From Sphagnum compactum (Eukaryota): a stretch of DNA of 64,000 bases. This document shows, in pieces, positions 61,476 through 64,000 of this stretch. The stretch spans positions 6,572,001 to 6,636,000 of the forward strand of contig OZ234494.1 of NCBI GenBank assembly GCA_965153455.1, given 5' to 3'. Each line of letters begins with the position of its first letter. Position 1 is the stretch's first letter. The notes under the pieces were generated by a model. That model made no database searches. It was not told the DNA's origin and saw only the letters and a list, made by a program, of their open reading frames with translations. Both the position numbers and the translations under genes were made by a program.

Positions 61476-64000
61476 CCATAGTATACCTATACTGACAGGG
61501 TTATATATTAGTGTACTTTTTTACTACTAGTATACACTCTTACTACCTTGGCACCTCCTACATAATTCTACTACTTTCAGATATGCTGAAATTTTCATCC
61601 CAAAATAATTTAATAACAAAAATTTTGTGAAGAAAAACATAACATCTTCAAAAATATTATACTTGTTGAAAATGAAAATTAAAAAACTAATTAATTATTT
61701 GATAGACATGTGTCAAAGCTGCCTAGGTATGGTGTAGGCATAGACGGATGTCGTCGAATAGGCCTGTGGTCTAGGTGTGAAGGAAAATTGTTTATGACAA
61801 ATGAAATTGCTGAATTTGTGTTCTTAGTTATTTTGAGTGAACTATGTAAGAGTTACATGTGTAACAATTGGGTTTGGTAGGTTTGTGAGAATTTTAGAGA
61901 ACCTATTGGAAATGGTAGAAAAGGGACCATTAATTTCAATGTGTAGCAAAATAGGGTTGTATAGGCTTGAAGAATTATTTGTTTCAAGTTTCTTGCACAT
62001 TACTTGTGAACTTTTATATTATTGGCTTTGTTGGCCCTTCAATAATGAAACCAATTGCTTGCTCTCCAAACCAACCCTTGTTTTTCTTTTGTGGGGGAGG
62101 GGGGGGTTGTTTTCAATGGCCTTTTTGTAATCACCCAAATTCTTGTAGGTGGTGGTATAGTGAATATCACACAAGCCGTGAGCCTAACAACATAACATTT
62201 GGCACATCATTGAGCAATGAGCATAACAAGGCCATTGTCATTCATGCATGGATCTGTTTGTTTACTTTTTCCAAGTGGTTTAGGGTTGTTCATGACATTG
62301 GGGAGTGGGGTCTCGCTATAAAAGTTCCATCATCATAATATCGTTGACGGAATGCATTATCATTGAAGTGTAGACCATCTTGTGTTTCTGGATGGATGTT
62401 TGGGGATTGCCTTTCAACACTGCGGAATGACCACAACCTACTTTTTATGGCAGAAAACATCCATGGCCTTATTTCTTACACTCAAAACAATAAGAAAAAG
62501 AAACATACAAAAAGCACCAGCTGTGGAAACATGAGAAGGTCTCACATAACAGGTTTTATTTAATTTTCTTTTGTGATATCCGAAATTAGTTGATTTACAT
62601 TAGAAAAAACTATTTCTTCAAAAATTTCCAATTTATTTCTAAAAAATGACAAAATTTGTCCCCCCAAAAAAAAAAAAAAAGAAACGAAAAGAAAGAAAGT
62701 GACATCTAAGTGATCTTTGAAGCAAATGATATATATTTTGTATTAAATCTAATTCAATTATCTTGAGATTTTTGTTCCCTTTGGAATGTGTGAATCACCT
62801 TACATATTTGTGTCGTATAAAAAACTGGCAAATTTTTTGACAAAGCTAATGTTCTTGAATCGAACAATGTATTCACTCAAATATTCATTCAATACGAAAC
62901 TAAAAAAGCCAACCATTCGTTCCATTTGGTTCAAACTCTTCAAGTCAATGGAGTTTACAGGCATGGCGTTTCCCCAACCCAAGTGATGGATGATTCGTGT
63001 TCTCAAAGAAGTCAGCACACAAAACACACGCAAGTTGTGACGGCCAGGGCCATTCTGTCTGGCTTCACACAAGTAAATCGATTTCATCATGAGAGCATAT
63101 AGAGGAATATTGATTGCCGTAGAATGAATGGGTTGTCAAACATTATTGGTTAGGAGATCAACTGCAGCAGCAGCAGGAGTATTTAATTCTTGTGTTTTTT
63201 TTGTCAGCAATCATGCTCCACAATACTTTGGACTTATCTCCTCCCCTTCAAAACCCAACAATTATTTTTGGGTTTGGAAACAAAAATGAAACTAAAAACA
63301 CCCACGATATTGATACCCGAAGTTGATTGTAGCAATGTTGTGGATGTCTCTCACCTTTAGCCTAGAATCCTTCCAACAACTTTGCTTCCATAATGAAAAT
63401 AAAGCATCTCATGGAGATGCGATGGCTGTTCTCCTGTGGGCAAGTTAAAGGGGAGTGTTGGATGAGTATATATGATGGAACCCTGGAATGATTTTTTTCT
63501 GAAAGGATTTGATACCAGTACTAACTAGTAGGGTAGAAGAATCGCTCTCATCATTCAACAATGTATGTACTCATCGCGAAACACTTTCAATATTTTCCTC
63601 ATTCTTTAATCAAATTGAGCAATTTTTATGTCATTAGATGTGCAAACTTGAAGGTTACAAATCTTCTCTCAGCTTCAAAAATAAAGCAGCAACACAGGAA
63701 ACACATGAAGAGGATGAGTGATAGGTTGGTTCATTTTTTTTTGAAAAAATAGCTTTAGACCCCTCTCTAGTTCCAGCCCCCATATCTTCTTCGTATTTCG
63801 TCCATTTTGAGTGAAGATATCAAATATGAGAAACATATGAGGGCTTACTTTAAACGCTTTAGAAAACTTCTTTGTATTCCAGAGAAAATGATAGAACAAT
63901 CAAAGATTTTAAGATTAAAATCTTAATCTGTTTTAATTCACTCATCACCAAACATTGACCCCCCTACCACCAAACATCCCATATCTTTCCACATTCCTTT

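Overview
AT-rich land-plant nuclear DNA. A moss such as Sphagnum is likely, but this is inferred from composition, repeats and protein style. Three intron-containing genes can be reconstructed exon by exon: (1) an OTU7/OTUD3-like deubiquitinase with a SEC-C motif (+, 1279-4939, 11 coding exons, 376 aa); (2) a patatin-related phospholipase of the pPLAIII type (-, 8809-7124, 2 exons, 442 aa); (3) a USP-domain receptor-like cytoplasmic kinase (-, 58265-52525, 11 exons, 860 aa). The ~43 kb between genes 2 and 3 has no intact gene I can support and consists largely of decayed transposons: a hAT transposase remnant split by a non-autonomous Helitron-like insertion, a deleted Ty3/Gypsy chromovirus, a PIF/Harbinger-type transposase whose apparent intron consists of degenerate TTTAGGG-like repeats, an F-box-like remnant, a PIF1 helicase-endonuclease (Helentron/Helitron2-like) remnant, several MITE-like families and minisatellites. 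All translations and alignments were done by eye; no database searches were run.
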